Shown in pieces: positions 10,156 through 20,083 of a stretch of DNA of 64,000 bases. The notes beneath the pieces are model-generated. The model worked only from the letters and a program-made list of their open reading frames with translations, ran no database searches and was not told where the DNA came from. The stretch comes from Candidatus Atelocyanobacterium thalassae (GTDB lineage: Bacteria > Cyanobacteriota > Cyanobacteriia > Cyanobacteriales > Microcystaceae). The position numbers were made by a program, and so were the translations under genes. Location: contig JBFPLN010000003.1 in the NCBI GenBank assembly GCA_051971635.1, forward strand, positions 160,001-224,000, written 5' to 3'. Each line of letters opens with the position of its first letter. Positions within the stretch are counted from its first letter, which is position 1.

Positions 10156-11256
10156 TTATGTAGATAACAAAGAAAATTCTTTTTTTCTATGCATTTTAAA
10201 AGGGACTGCTGGAAAGACTTGAGGAGATTGAGGAACAATAACTAATCGAACTCTTGTACCAATAGGTAATTGAGTTTGTAATGTTGTTCTTGCCTGAATT
10301 TGACAACCAGAAGGAGTCTTGAGGCAGTAACAATATTCTCTCCCTAAGAATTGACGATCGCAAATTATAATTTCGCCCATATCATCTGGTTGTAATGTAA
10401 TGTCTTCCTGTCTAACCATCAGATCTCCCTCAGAAATATTTTCAAAACTTGAAGGAGCTTCCCATTGGCCTATTTCTGTTGTCCAAAGTTTTCCCTTCCG
10501 TTTAGCCGGAATAAAATTAGCTTGAGTAACAAACTCTGCAACAAAACGTGATGAAGGATGTGTGTAAACTTCTTCAGGAGTTCCAAATTGTTCGATTTTT
10601 CCGTAAGACATAACCCCTATCTTGTCAGATATAGCTAAAGCTTCCTCTTGATCATGGGTGACAAAAATTGCTGTAATACCTGTTCCCTTTAAGACATGAC
10701 GAATCTCATGTCTTAACTGCAAACGAACTTGTACATCAAGATTACTTAATGGTTCATCTAGTAAAATTAGTGCAGGCTTAGGCGCTAAAGCTCTAGCTAA
10801 AGCTACTCTTTGCTGTTGTCCTCCTGAGAGTTGATGTGGATATCGCTTTTCAAGTCCTTCTAATCCAACCAAGGCTAAAGCCTCGCTAATACGCTGTTTT
10901 ATTTTACTTCTACTTAAATTTTTCTTCTTTAAACCAAAGGCAATATTATTAGCAATATTTAGATGAGGAAATAGCGCATAATCTTGAAAAACCATTCCTG
11001 TATTTCTATGTTCAGGAGGTGTTGATTCATAGGGACTAGCTATTATATTACCTGCTAATTCTATAGTTCCAACAGAAGGTTGCTCAAATCCTGCAATTAC
11101 ACGCAAAAGAGTAGTTTTCCCGCATCCTGAAGGGCCAAGCAATCCAAGAATTTCTCCTTGCATCAATTTGAAGCTAACCTGATCAATAGCTGCCGTTGTA
11201 TGATTAAGAAACTGTTTAACGATTTGATCGACTTGAAGGATAATGGAATCTGTCAT
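10156..11256 (-). CDS. futC: Fe(III) ABC transporter ATP-binding subunit (FutC/FbpC-like)
   Basis: GPSGCGKT, VFQDYALFPHL, LSGGQQQRVALARA, LLDEPLSNLD, C-terminal TOBE region. Confidence 0.75.
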   Translation of the reverse strand: MTDSIILQVDQIVKQFLNHTTAAIDQVSFKLMQGEILGLLGPSGCGKTTLLRVIAGFEQPSVGTIELAGNIIASPYESTPPEHRNTGMVFQDYALFPHLNIANNIAFGLKKKNLSRSKIKQRISEALALVGLEGLEKRYPHQLSGGQQQRVALARALAPKPALILLDEPLSNLDVQVRLQLRHEIRHVLKGTGITAIFVTHDQEEALAISDKIGVMSYGKIEQFGTPEEVYTHPSSRFVAEFVTQANFIPAKRKGKLWTTEIGQWEAPSSFENISEGDLMVRQEDITLQPDDMGEIIICDRQFLGREYCYCLKTPSGCQIQARTTLQTQLPIGTRVRLVIVPQSPQVFPAVPFKMHRKKEFSLLST

Positions 11257-11490
11257 AACTAAAGGGCTTTAATGATAAGTTAGAAATTTTTAGTTGGAAA
11301 TTATAAGTTTAGGTTTCAAAGGTAAATGAGAGAAGCCCTGATAAAGATTTCTTGTTTTAGAGGATTCTTTAAGTTATCTTCATAAGTATCCAACTAGGAC
11401 TAATTTTCAATAAGTACCCTTAACCTGTTACATAATAACATTTCTCCAATTCTTTAAATAAAAAATTAGTAAGAATGAATAATATTTGGC

Positions 11491-12219
11491 TTGAAACTTA
11501 TGTATAAAGAGAATAATTTTTTAGATTGTTGGTTTGATTTACTTTTTGTACCACAAGGAGCGGAATATCAAGCAGTTTTTCAAGGAATTAGCAAAAGCTC
11601 TAGTAAAATAAAAATCAAATCTGTTCCTGCAGGGATGAAAGCCATTACCAAGTTTCTAGAGGAATGGGAACAAGATTCTCGCTTTCTTAATGAATTACCT
11701 AAAACTATTATGATGATAGGTTTAGGTGGAAGTCTATCTCCCAATCATTTAGTAGGAGATGTAGTAGTATATAAAGACTGCACCTCATTACAATTCAAAT
11801 TAAATAAATATAAGCAATGCGATCCTTTCTTGAATCAATTGGTTATTGAAAGACTGAAACATAGTTGTACTCTAGGAAGAGGCATAACTAATCAGTATGT
11901 TATGTCCTCTGCAAAAGAAAAACAAACTTTAGGCGAAACATATAAAGCCGATGTAATTGATATGGAAGGAATGGCTTTATTAAACTGGAGTCGAAAATGG
12001 AATATTTCAGTTGTTATTGTTAGAGTTATTAGTGATAGCTGTCAACAAGATCTTCCAGACTTGCGCAATGTTTTTGGAATTGGTGGTAATTTACGATACT
12101 TCTACCTAGCTTTTCAAATGATTAAAAAGCCATTATTATCTATTCATTTCATATACAGTTCCTTGAAAAGTTTAAACGTTCTGAGGAAGATTATAAAGCA
12201 ATTAATATTTTGTTTGTAA
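11491..12219 (+). CDS. Nucleoside phosphorylase/MTAN superfamily protein (possibly HpnG-like)
   Basis: GLGGSLSP..VGDVV, VIDMEG, VRVISD motifs. True start may be ATG 11500. Confidence 0.7.
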   Translation: MKLMYKENNFLDCWFDLLFVPQGAEYQAVFQGISKSSSKIKIKSVPAGMKAITKFLEEWEQDSRFLNELPKTIMMIGLGGSLSPNHLVGDVVVYKDCTSLQFKLNKYKQCDPFLNQLVIERLKHSCTLGRGITNQYVMSSAKEKQTLGETYKADVIDMEGMALLNWSRKWNISVVIVRVISDSCQQDLPDLRNVFGIGGNLRYFYLAFQMIKKPLLSIHFIYSSLKSLNVLRKIIKQLIFCL

Positions 12220-12273
12220 TAAAAAGTGTTGTTGAAATATGACTTTTCAGAAAATATTCATTAAATAAATGGC

Positions 12274-12311
12274 AAGTAGCAAGTAATAAGTGATTTTACT
12301 ACCTGCTACTT
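12274..12311 (-). terminator. Hairpin terminator of the aas-ylqD transcript
   Basis: aagtagcaagtaataa/ttactacctgctactt; both mismatches are G-U pairs on the minus strand. Confidence 0.6.
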
Positions 12312-12324
12312 ATTTAACTTTTTT

Positions 12325-12774
12325 CTAAATATCTCCTCTTATTTCTTCAATTACACCATCACGAATAACGATCTCTATATTAAGTTTTTGAATTAAGTTA
12401 TCTCCTTTTTTGGCCTGAAAAAAGTTTTCTATTTGTCCTTGAACTACTTCTTGATCTAATTCAACAACTTGAACTTGCTGAATTTGTTGTAAAAATTGAT
12501 TTTTCTGTTCTAATATCTCACTTTTCTTATGATTAGCTTGAAGATTAATATTATCAATCTGTTGAACAACTTGAGAGCTAGAAGAAGAAGTACTTTGCTT
12601 TTGAAGTTCAGAAATTGCTCTTTTTTCCTGCATTTCTAACTGTTGTATTTGATTATCAAGCTGATTAATCTGTGATTGTAATTGCTGTTGCATTTCCTCT
12701 TTCCAACGAGCGGTTACTATTACTTTGAGATTAACCGGTCTTTTAAGCAGTAAACTGGTGTTTATTTCGTCCAT
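12325..12774 (-). CDS. YlqD family protein
   Basis: LLLKRPVNLKVIVT, Q-rich coiled coil, EIVIRDGVIEEIRG; usual partner of aas in cyanobacteria. Confidence 0.85.
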   Translation of the reverse strand: MDEINTSLLLKRPVNLKVIVTARWKEEMQQQLQSQINQLDNQIQQLEMQEKRAISELQKQSTSSSSSQVVQQIDNINLQANHKKSEILEQKNQFLQQIQQVQVVELDQEVVQGQIENFFQAKKGDNLIQKLNIEIVIRDGVIEEIRGDI

Positions 12775-12825
12775 GAGTTCTATTAGTTTTTATTTTTAAT
12801 GTTCTATATTTTAGAAACAAATTAT

Positions 12826-14742
12826 TTAAGAGTTAAACATTTTATCAATAATAACCTGATAATGTTTCATAATAACAAGACGTTTCATCTTTAATGTTTG
12901 AGTCATCATCTTATTTTCAATAGAAAACGGCTCTAAGATAAAGTCAAAAATCTTTATGAGATCATCAGAACGATATCCAGGACGATTTTTTACTTCTTTT
13001 TTCAATTCCTTGCGATATAAGTCTTGAATTGGTTGTGAATAAAGATCATGATCAGCAGTAATAGTTTTTAAATCGTTTTGTAATGGTATATTTAAATTCA
13101 AGTTTTGACTTTCTACCCAAAACCTTAGCATATCAAGGTTAGGAACTATCAAAGCTCCTAACATTTTTTGATCTTGTCCAACCAACATTATTTGATCAAT
13201 GTACACACTTCTTAAACAAGCATCTTCGATTGGCTGAGGTTCAATATTTTCTCCATTACTTAAAACGATAGTATCTTTAATCCTGCCAGTAATTACAAGG
13301 TCATTCATAGGAGTTAACCAGCCCAGGTCTCCACTATCAAACCATCCTTGAGAATCTTTAATTTTATTTGTCTCTTCTGTTTTTTTATAATATCCTTGCA
13401 TAACTTGTGGTCCTCTGATTAATACCAAACCACACTTTCCTTTAGGTAAAGCTTGTCGGGTATTAGGATCCACAATACTAATTTCAGTACCAGGAATTGG
13501 TTGTCCTGCTGTTCCTCTCAGGTTATGCTTATGAGTACGTGCATTTGTAACAGGAGAAGTTTCTGTAAGACCATACCCTACTAGTATAGGAATATCAATA
13601 ATTTCGTAAAAGTCGTCTAAATGTTTTGCAAGAGATCCACCTCCACTAATAAGTGTTTTAAAATTACCTCCTAAGTTACTTCGGATTTTGCTATAAACTA
13701 ATCTATCAGCCACTTTATGAATAGGATAAAGAAAGATAAGTTTGATAAAAGCTTGTGTTCTTTCTTGAAAAGAGGATTTTAAGTTCTCTAAACTCAGAGA
13801 GTTGAAAATACGTCTATATAGAATAAATTTTAGAGACATTTGAAAACAATATTTTATTATTCTTTTTTGTATTGGAGTTTGTTCTCTAAACTGTTTTTGA
13901 ATACCTTCGTATAGAGATTCCCAAAGACGGGGAACACCTACCATATGATGTGGTTTAAATTTCTTTAAGTCACTTTTAAAATTGCGAATATTTGTATAAA
14001 TTAGAGTACATCCTTGAGAAAGTAAAAAATATTCTGCACTACGCTCATAGGAATGCCAAGATGGTAATATGCTAAGAATACGATCTCCTGGTTTAGGCTT
14101 AATTATAGTATCTAAATTTCTGACTTGATGAAGTATATTACCATGCGATAACATGGCCCCTTTTGGTTTACCTGTTGTTCCTGATGTGTAAATTAAAGTA
14201 GCTAAGTCGGTATCTTTCTTCGTAATAGGTCTTAGGTCAAAGTTTTTACCAAGTTCCATGAGCTCAGTAAAATTTAAAACTTTTACAGGAATTTCTCCAT
14301 TATCTTTTTCATCACTTAATAAAATAATTAGACTTAAATTAAGTTGATCTGAAAAGGAATATAATCTTTTTAAGGTCTCTATGTTCTCTACGATAAGAAT
14401 ATTGCTATCACTATCTTGAATGATATGAATTAATTCATTTGGGTCTGACTGAGAAGACCTCACTGAATTTGATGCTCCTGCAAGCATTGAACCTTGATCA
14501 GCTATAAACCAACGAGAACTATTATCAGCAATTAAACAAATTTTTTCATTTTCTACAATTCCTAAAGATTGAAGCCCAGATGCAAAAATTTTTAACTGTT
14601 CATACAGTTGAGAAAAAGTAAGTTTAATTTCTGGTTTACTATGGGGATCATAAAGTGCAATGATATCAGCAAATTTTATAGCTGTAATTGCCCATATTTC
14701 CGATAAAGCTTGTAAATTACGATATTCGCGAATAGTTGTCAT
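12826..14742 (-). CDS. aas: Long-chain acyl-ACP/acyl-CoA synthetase
   Basis: YTSGTTGKPKG, GYGLTETSP, GWFDSGDLG, GRIKDTIVLSNGENIEP. Confidence 0.9.
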   Translation of the reverse strand: MTTIREYRNLQALSEIWAITAIKFADIIALYDPHSKPEIKLTFSQLYEQLKIFASGLQSLGIVENEKICLIADNSSRWFIADQGSMLAGASNSVRSSQSDPNELIHIIQDSDSNILIVENIETLKRLYSFSDQLNLSLIILLSDEKDNGEIPVKVLNFTELMELGKNFDLRPITKKDTDLATLIYTSGTTGKPKGAMLSHGNILHQVRNLDTIIKPKPGDRILSILPSWHSYERSAEYFLLSQGCTLIYTNIRNFKSDLKKFKPHHMVGVPRLWESLYEGIQKQFREQTPIQKRIIKYCFQMSLKFILYRRIFNSLSLENLKSSFQERTQAFIKLIFLYPIHKVADRLVYSKIRSNLGGNFKTLISGGGSLAKHLDDFYEIIDIPILVGYGLTETSPVTNARTHKHNLRGTAGQPIPGTEISIVDPNTRQALPKGKCGLVLIRGPQVMQGYYKKTEETNKIKDSQGWFDSGDLGWLTPMNDLVITGRIKDTIVLSNGENIEPQPIEDACLRSVYIDQIMLVGQDQKMLGALIVPNLDMLRFWVESQNLNLNIPLQNDLKTITADHDLYSQPIQDLYRKELKKEVKNRPGYRSDDLIKIFDFILEPFSIENKMMTQTLKMKRLVIMKHYQVIIDKMFNS

Positions 14743-15490
14743 AGAATCTACTTTAGTAAATTTTTATCCTATTGTATTAAGCTAACTAATAATAAAATAA
14801 ATAATCAAAATTTTCTTTTTTTAGGATAAATAGTAATATTTTAATATCAATGATTATTTATTATTTAAAGACTTTTGTATTTTTAAAAAAGATTAGTATT
14901 GATTGTCTTTAAACTAAATCTAATAAAATCAGAAGTTAAAATAATATCTACTATCTTAGCTTTTTATTACAGAGTAATTTCCATAACTCTATAAATTTAT
15001 AGTAGTTTTGTTGTATTGATTTAACTCTTCTGCTACGTAAATATCTTTTACTAAAGATATACATCTAACTTGACTATCGGAATACAGAAATAAATGCTAA
15101 GAGATATGTAAAGATTATTAAAAATAAAATATTATTAGTCTATAACTTATATTAATTTTTCGCTGTTAGTTGATAATCAATAATACTATTCTAGTTAAAA
15201 AGATACAACACCATTAAAACAACTGTAGTAGGGTATAAGTATCTAAATAATAAAAGAATAGTTTATTGTCAATAATTACTTTTTCTGTATCTCACGGTTC
15301 TCTTCTCGTAAGTTAATAAATTAAAAAAAATTTGCTTTAATAAAGTATGGATAATAAGCTTTTAGAATTAATGACTAAACTTATTAGAGTATAAAAATAC
15401 TTAAATATCTTTTATGATATTAATAATTCTAGATAATTTATCTAAAGCAGTAACATTGGTCAGTTAATTCTGACTATACAAGCAACATTC

Positions 15491-16267
15491 TTATTGTAGA
15501 GATTCTTTTTGTAAATTTCGAGCCTTAAAAAAAGTTTCCAAACTATGAGCATCACCAATATAACGCCAATGCCAAGGCTCATAGCTAATATTTTGGATAT
15601 TATTTGGTGGAAAGGATAGTTCAAAATTATATTTGGCTGCATTTTTCTCTAACCATTGGAAAAGAAGAGTATCTTCAAATTCTACATTTAAATGTGTTGA
15701 AGGGGAGTTGCTATCTCCAATATCAATTGCATACCCTGTGTGATGTTCACTATATTGAGGAGGAGCACTAACTTCAGCTCTCTTTCTCGTTTCTTCATTT
15801 TGCTGACGTTTAACTTCAAAAAATAGATACTCTTGCTGATTAAAAGTTCTAAATCCAGATATTGGAATTAATGTGAAACCATTCTCTTTTGCATCTTGCT
15901 GCATTCGCAAAAAGCTTTTAGCTGCTTTTTTTCTTAATTTAATACGTCCATCATAGGTAACTGAACTTAGTTCACTTGGAGAAGCTTCAGTATAAGGCAA
16001 ATGACCAAGAACGTTTTCAATTTTACTAGTAATTAAGTTTGGTGAAAGAGTAATATTATTCGTCACATCAGAAGATAAAGATAATTTCTGCGATGCCGAG
16101 AAAAAAACGCGTATTATTAAAAAAACACTAAAACTAAAAACTCCAAAACTAACTAATCCTATTGTAATAAAATTAGTTTTCCGAGGTGTAGTAAGCTTAT
16201 AATTAGGGGTATCCCTTGATGCTTCAGGTATATCTAAAGACATTCCTTGTTTTTCTTTTCCCTTCAT
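15491..16267 (-). CDS. M15B (VanY-like) D-Ala-D-Ala carboxypeptidase with N-terminal TM anchor
   Basis: SGFR, SEHHTGYAID, YEPWHWRY. Confidence 0.9.
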   Translation of the reverse strand: MKGKEKQGMSLDIPEASRDTPNYKLTTPRKTNFITIGLVSFGVFSFSVFLIIRVFFSASQKLSLSSDVTNNITLSPNLITSKIENVLGHLPYTEASPSELSSVTYDGRIKLRKKAAKSFLRMQQDAKENGFTLIPISGFRTFNQQEYLFFEVKRQQNEETRKRAEVSAPPQYSEHHTGYAIDIGDSNSPSTHLNVEFEDTLLFQWLEKNAAKYNFELSFPPNNIQNISYEPWHWRYIGDAHSLETFFKARNLQKESLQ

Positions 16268-17060
16268 TGATTGATAGTTAATAGTATGTTTTTCTTAATA
16301 TTTTTAGAGATCAATATAAAGTTAATAATCATTCTAATTATAAGTTGCTAAAATAAGCTTGCTTATTTACAACCAATTTTTTATGATTGCTAATTCTTTG
16401 ATTTTACCTCAGAAAATTTAATTTACACGAGAGTTATCATTTAAATAGTGCTGACTTAATTATAAAAAAAACAGTGATGGTAAGTTTAATAATGCTTTTT
16501 TTTCATTTATAGTCTTTAAGATTTACAAAAAGAAATTTTAAGGCAATGTTTAGCTTTTAAAAAACCAGGCCATACTTCTCAATAGTAATCGAATTGTCAA
16601 TATGTTATAAAATTATTGCCCTAATAATAACTTCTAAGCCTTCATGAAAGATATGTCAATTTGTAGTATTAACATTTTTTCTGCTTATTTTAAATTTATA
16701 TTATCATTTTCAACTAGCTCTAATTTATAAGAATTAGTCTTGAAAATTAAATGTAGTTGAAAAGTAGTTATTTAAATAACTACTTTTCCCTTAATTATTT
16801 ACTATTAATATATCTATTAAAAAACATATCTTCCCAGTACATATATCTTCTAATAAATAAGAGACATTTATATTATAGTTATTTACTTTCAGATATAAAA
16901 TTATTCACAATCAAGAAAGATAATCTTAATAATAAGTTAGGGAAATTTAAAACCTATAGATAAGTACATCTAATAAGAAAGTACAAAGTATCTTTTGAGT
17001 TTTAATTTAATGATATAGTTAAAATCACATGAATAATGTAATGATAAGAAATAGTAAATA

Positions 17061-18401
17061 ATGCTTAATTTTAAGTTTTTTAAGTTATCATTTTTAGTTA
17101 AATTATTTTTTAGTTTCGCTCTTATTAGTTTCATCAGTTTAGGCTTGTCATCTTGTAATAAGTCTTTCAAAAACGCTGCTCTAGATATTAAAACTATTTC
17201 AATCGCTACTTCTGAGAGTCAATTGTCAGAAGTTCCTCCTCCAGATACCATTTTAGTATTAAACAAAATTCTAAAAAATTATCATCCCAAAGTAACTATT
17301 GATAGTCCAAGACCATATGAAGTCTTATCGGATAATACTGTACTTGTCAAGTTACAATTGACAGATTACCCTTTGTTTAAAAATGAAAAATTAGAACTTG
17401 GCCCTCATTTACGGCTTTTTGTTGATGACAAATTTTATAAAGATATTTACGATTTAAATGAACCAATAATTTTAAAAGATCTAGATCCTGGAACACATAC
17501 TATTAGGGTTTTAACTTCTACTCCATGGAATGAAAGCTTCAAAAGCAAGGAAGCATATGCTCAAACATCATTCCACATATTTACAAAAATAGATCATAAT
17601 TTACCAAATCTTACTTTACCTTTACTGACATACAATGGCTCCCAAGGTGACTACGGGGAAGAAACTATTATGTTAGATTTCTATCTATTTAATCCATCTT
17701 CGGACTTATTAGAAAGTCATGTTACTGATAATCAAGATATTAATTGGCGAATAAAAGTAACTATTAATGGAGAAATTTTTATCTTAGATTCATTAGAAAC
17801 TATTTATATCAAAGGTCTTCAACCAGGTAAAAACTGGATTAGGTTAGAACTGGTCGATAAATATGGGAGAAAAATTAATAATATTTTCAATGATTCAATA
17901 CAGTTACTTAACTATAATCCTAACAAAAAAGATATGCTGTCTACATTACTTCAAGGCAAATTATCTAATCAGTTAGCCTATTCTCTTATTAATCGAGAAT
18001 ACATGGAGGATCTAGAATCAATTGATGTAGAAGAAATATTAGTACCCGTCCAGCCTAAAGAGATAACAGCTATTGGAGAGGATAAAGAAGTATCTAGAGA
18101 AACTTCAGAATCAATTGATGTAGAAGAAATATTAGTACCCGTCCAGCCTAAAGAGATAACAACTATTGGAGAGGATAAAGAAGTATCTAGAGAAACTTCA
18201 GAATCAATTGATGTAGAAGAAATGTTAGTACCCATCCAGCCTAAAGAGATAACAACTATTGGAGAGGATAAAGAAGTATCTAGAGAAACTTCAGAATCAA
18301 ATATTACTCTTTCCAAAAAAGCACAATGGTTAAAAAATTTAAAGCTGTTAATCAAAAAAGTAAATTTAGATACTATAAAAGACTTTATGAATAATATTTA
18401 A
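17061..18401 (+). CDS. Conserved cyanobacterial putative lipoprotein with acidic C-terminal tandem repeats
   Basis: Signal peptide with lipobox LSSC; GPHL, PGTHTIRV, PWNESFK, PGKNWIRLEL; three 31-aa repeats. Confidence 0.75.
   Translation: MLNFKFFKLSFLVKLFFSFALISFISLGLSSCNKSFKNAALDIKTISIATSESQLSEVPPPDTILVLNKILKNYHPKVTIDSPRPYEVLSDNTVLVKLQLTDYPLFKNEKLELGPHLRLFVDDKFYKDIYDLNEPIILKDLDPGTHTIRVLTSTPWNESFKSKEAYAQTSFHIFTKIDHNLPNLTLPLLTYNGSQGDYGEETIMLDFYLFNPSSDLLESHVTDNQDINWRIKVTINGEIFILDSLETIYIKGLQPGKNWIRLELVDKYGRKINNIFNDSIQLLNYNPNKKDMLSTLLQGKLSNQLAYSLINREYMEDLESIDVEEILVPVQPKEITAIGEDKEVSRETSESIDVEEILVPVQPKEITTIGEDKEVSRETSESIDVEEMLVPIQPKEITTIGEDKEVSRETSESNITLSKKAQWLKNLKLLIKKVNLDTIKDFMNNI
18014..18300 (+). 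repeat. In-frame tandem repeat, 3 x 93 bp plus 8 bp
   Basis: Units start at 18014, 18107, 18200 (partial at 18293); encode ESIDVEE(I/M)LVP(V/I)QPKEIT(A/T)IGEDKEVSRETS; only three variable positions. Confidence 0.97.
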
Positions 18402-18553
18402 ATAAAATTTATTAACTAAACATTATTGTGATTCTTAAAATTTTATGGGCTTTATAAAGCTATAGTTAAGTTTTTTGAGTTATGTTTCAAAGCTGAACTA
18501 TTCTAAAAAGTATCTAGAGACAATTTACCCAATTAAGCTGGAGTGAGGTTATC

Positions 18554-19159
18554 GTGTTTATCAAACACTCACACATATTAGCAGGATTAGCTCTTAGCCT
18601 ATCCTTTTTCGGTATCAATCCTGCTCAGGCAGAAACAAATCAAAAAGAAGTTTTTCTGAGCCAGTTGAGAGGTTCCGCTATTGAAGATCCTATCGATGTT
18701 TATCGTGCAGATTGGTTAAAATTTAAATTTGAAGACTATGCTATTGGTCGTATTCGAGGAGTTACTGGAGATGTAGCTCAAATCCAAATCATTTCAGCTG
18801 GTCAAAGCAAAGATGCTCATATCAGAATGCACTATGATGTTGGAATGTTTACTAAAGGTGAACGAGACGTTTGGCGTGTTAGCACTCAGATGCCTCGTCA
18901 ATGGCCTACTCTTGTAGCTGGTTCTGATGTAATCATGAAAGAAGTGGATGGTCAATGGGTTATTGTTAGCCCTAAGAGATCTGATTTAGACGCATATTTT
19001 GCATATGCTCAACCTAGTTGGGTATCTCGTTTAGATTTACGAGAAGTTCCTTTAGTTACACGTACGGATATTAACTGGGGGCGTCCTGACGTAAGTCTAC
19101 CTCCTCTACAACCTAATCAAAAAGCTCCAGCACCAGAGCCAGTTCCTGGCATGTGGTAA
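18554..19159 (+). CDS. Secreted hypothetical protein with Pro-rich C-terminal tail
   Basis: GTG start after GGAGTGAGG; signal peptide ending AQA; ends SLPPLQPNQKAPAPEPVPGMW. Confidence 0.85.
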   Translation: MFIKHSHILAGLALSLSFFGINPAQAETNQKEVFLSQLRGSAIEDPIDVYRADWLKFKFEDYAIGRIRGVTGDVAQIQIISAGQSKDAHIRMHYDVGMFTKGERDVWRVSTQMPRQWPTLVAGSDVIMKEVDGQWVIVSPKRSDLDAYFAYAQPSWVSRLDLREVPLVTRTDINWGRPDVSLPPLQPNQKAPAPEPVPGMW

Positions 19160-19178
19160 AGGCTATGATTTAGATTAT

Positions 19179-19248
19179 CATTTTAATTTAAAGACTAAAA
19201 GCAGCACCTTACCATTAAGGTGCTGCTTTTAGTCTTTAAATTAAAATG
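19179..19248. terminator. Perfect 33-bp-arm inverted repeat (terminator-type hairpin)
   Basis: cattttaatttaaagactaaaagcagcacctta-ccat-taaggtgctgcttttagtctttaaattaaaatg. Confidence 0.9.
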
Positions 19249-19393
19249 GTAACTCTGGTTATTTATAATAATTTTTTCTCTTTTATCTTAAAGAATTAGT
19301 GAACTAAATATATGTCTCCAAGCTTTTACAATTAAAATTAAATTTGATATATTGTTATTTTTGAAGAAAGTATTAGTCTTAATAAATTATTTA

Positions 19394-20005
19394 ATGAATA
19401 AATCATTTAAAAGAATTATAGGCTTAACGGGAGGAATTGCAACTGGTAAAACAATTGTTTCTTCTTATATTGAACAAAACTTTAATGTTCCTATCCTAGA
19501 TGCAGATATTTATGCTAAAGATGCAATTAAAAATAATTCTAATATTTTTAATCTTATTCAAGAACGATATGGGAAAAATATTTGTTTAGAAAGTGGAGAA
19601 CTAGATTATCGAAAATTAGGAAATATATTGTTTAATGATCTCAAACAAAAAGAATGGTTAGAAAATAAAATTCATCCTTATGTTAAGCAAATATTTACAA
19701 AAGAAGTTAAAAAGAGTAAAGCTAAAACCATAATTTTAGATATTCCACTACTTTTTGAATCTAAATTAACTTTTTTGGTGACAGAAATTTGGATTGTATA
19801 TTGTAATCAACAAGAACAATTAAAAAGATTAATTAATAGAAATTCCCTAACGAGGAAAGAAGGGATTACACGTATCAAGAATCAATTTTTATTTAAAGAC
19901 AAGATAAATAAAGCAGATTATATACTTGACAATTCTTCAACGATTAGAAATTTATATGTTCAAATAAATAGAATTATGAAAGCAACTAATTTATATTTGC
20001 ATTGA
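19394..20005 (+). CDS. coaE: Dephospho-CoA kinase
   Basis: IIGLTGGIATGKT, LDAD, IHPYV, DIPLLFE. ATG at 19394 preferred. Confidence 0.95.
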   Translation: MNKSFKRIIGLTGGIATGKTIVSSYIEQNFNVPILDADIYAKDAIKNNSNIFNLIQERYGKNICLESGELDYRKLGNILFNDLKQKEWLENKIHPYVKQIFTKEVKKSKAKTIILDIPLLFESKLTFLVTEIWIVYCNQQEQLKRLINRNSLTRKEGITRIKNQFLFKDKINKADYILDNSSTIRNLYVQINRIMKATNLYLH

Positions 20006-20083
20006 GTATTGTTTTCTATAACTTTAGAGACTTTAAATATAATTCACATAAATATAAACTATACAAATTATTCACTAATAAGC

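Noticed and set aside
11257..11490. Fur box upstream of futC
   Set aside because: Only a half match (taatgataag), not distinguishable from AT-rich background.
16757..17170. 68-aa and 66-aa ORFs
   Set aside because: Low-complexity L/I/K/N/Y products expected by chance in AT-rich DNA; one overlaps the lipoprotein start.
18014..18300. Possible CRISPR array
   Set aside because: Contiguous 93-bp units with no unique spacers, in frame inside a CDS, and no cas genes.
17978..18355. 125-aa repetitive minus-strand ORF
   Set aside because: Antisense shadow of the tandem repeat.
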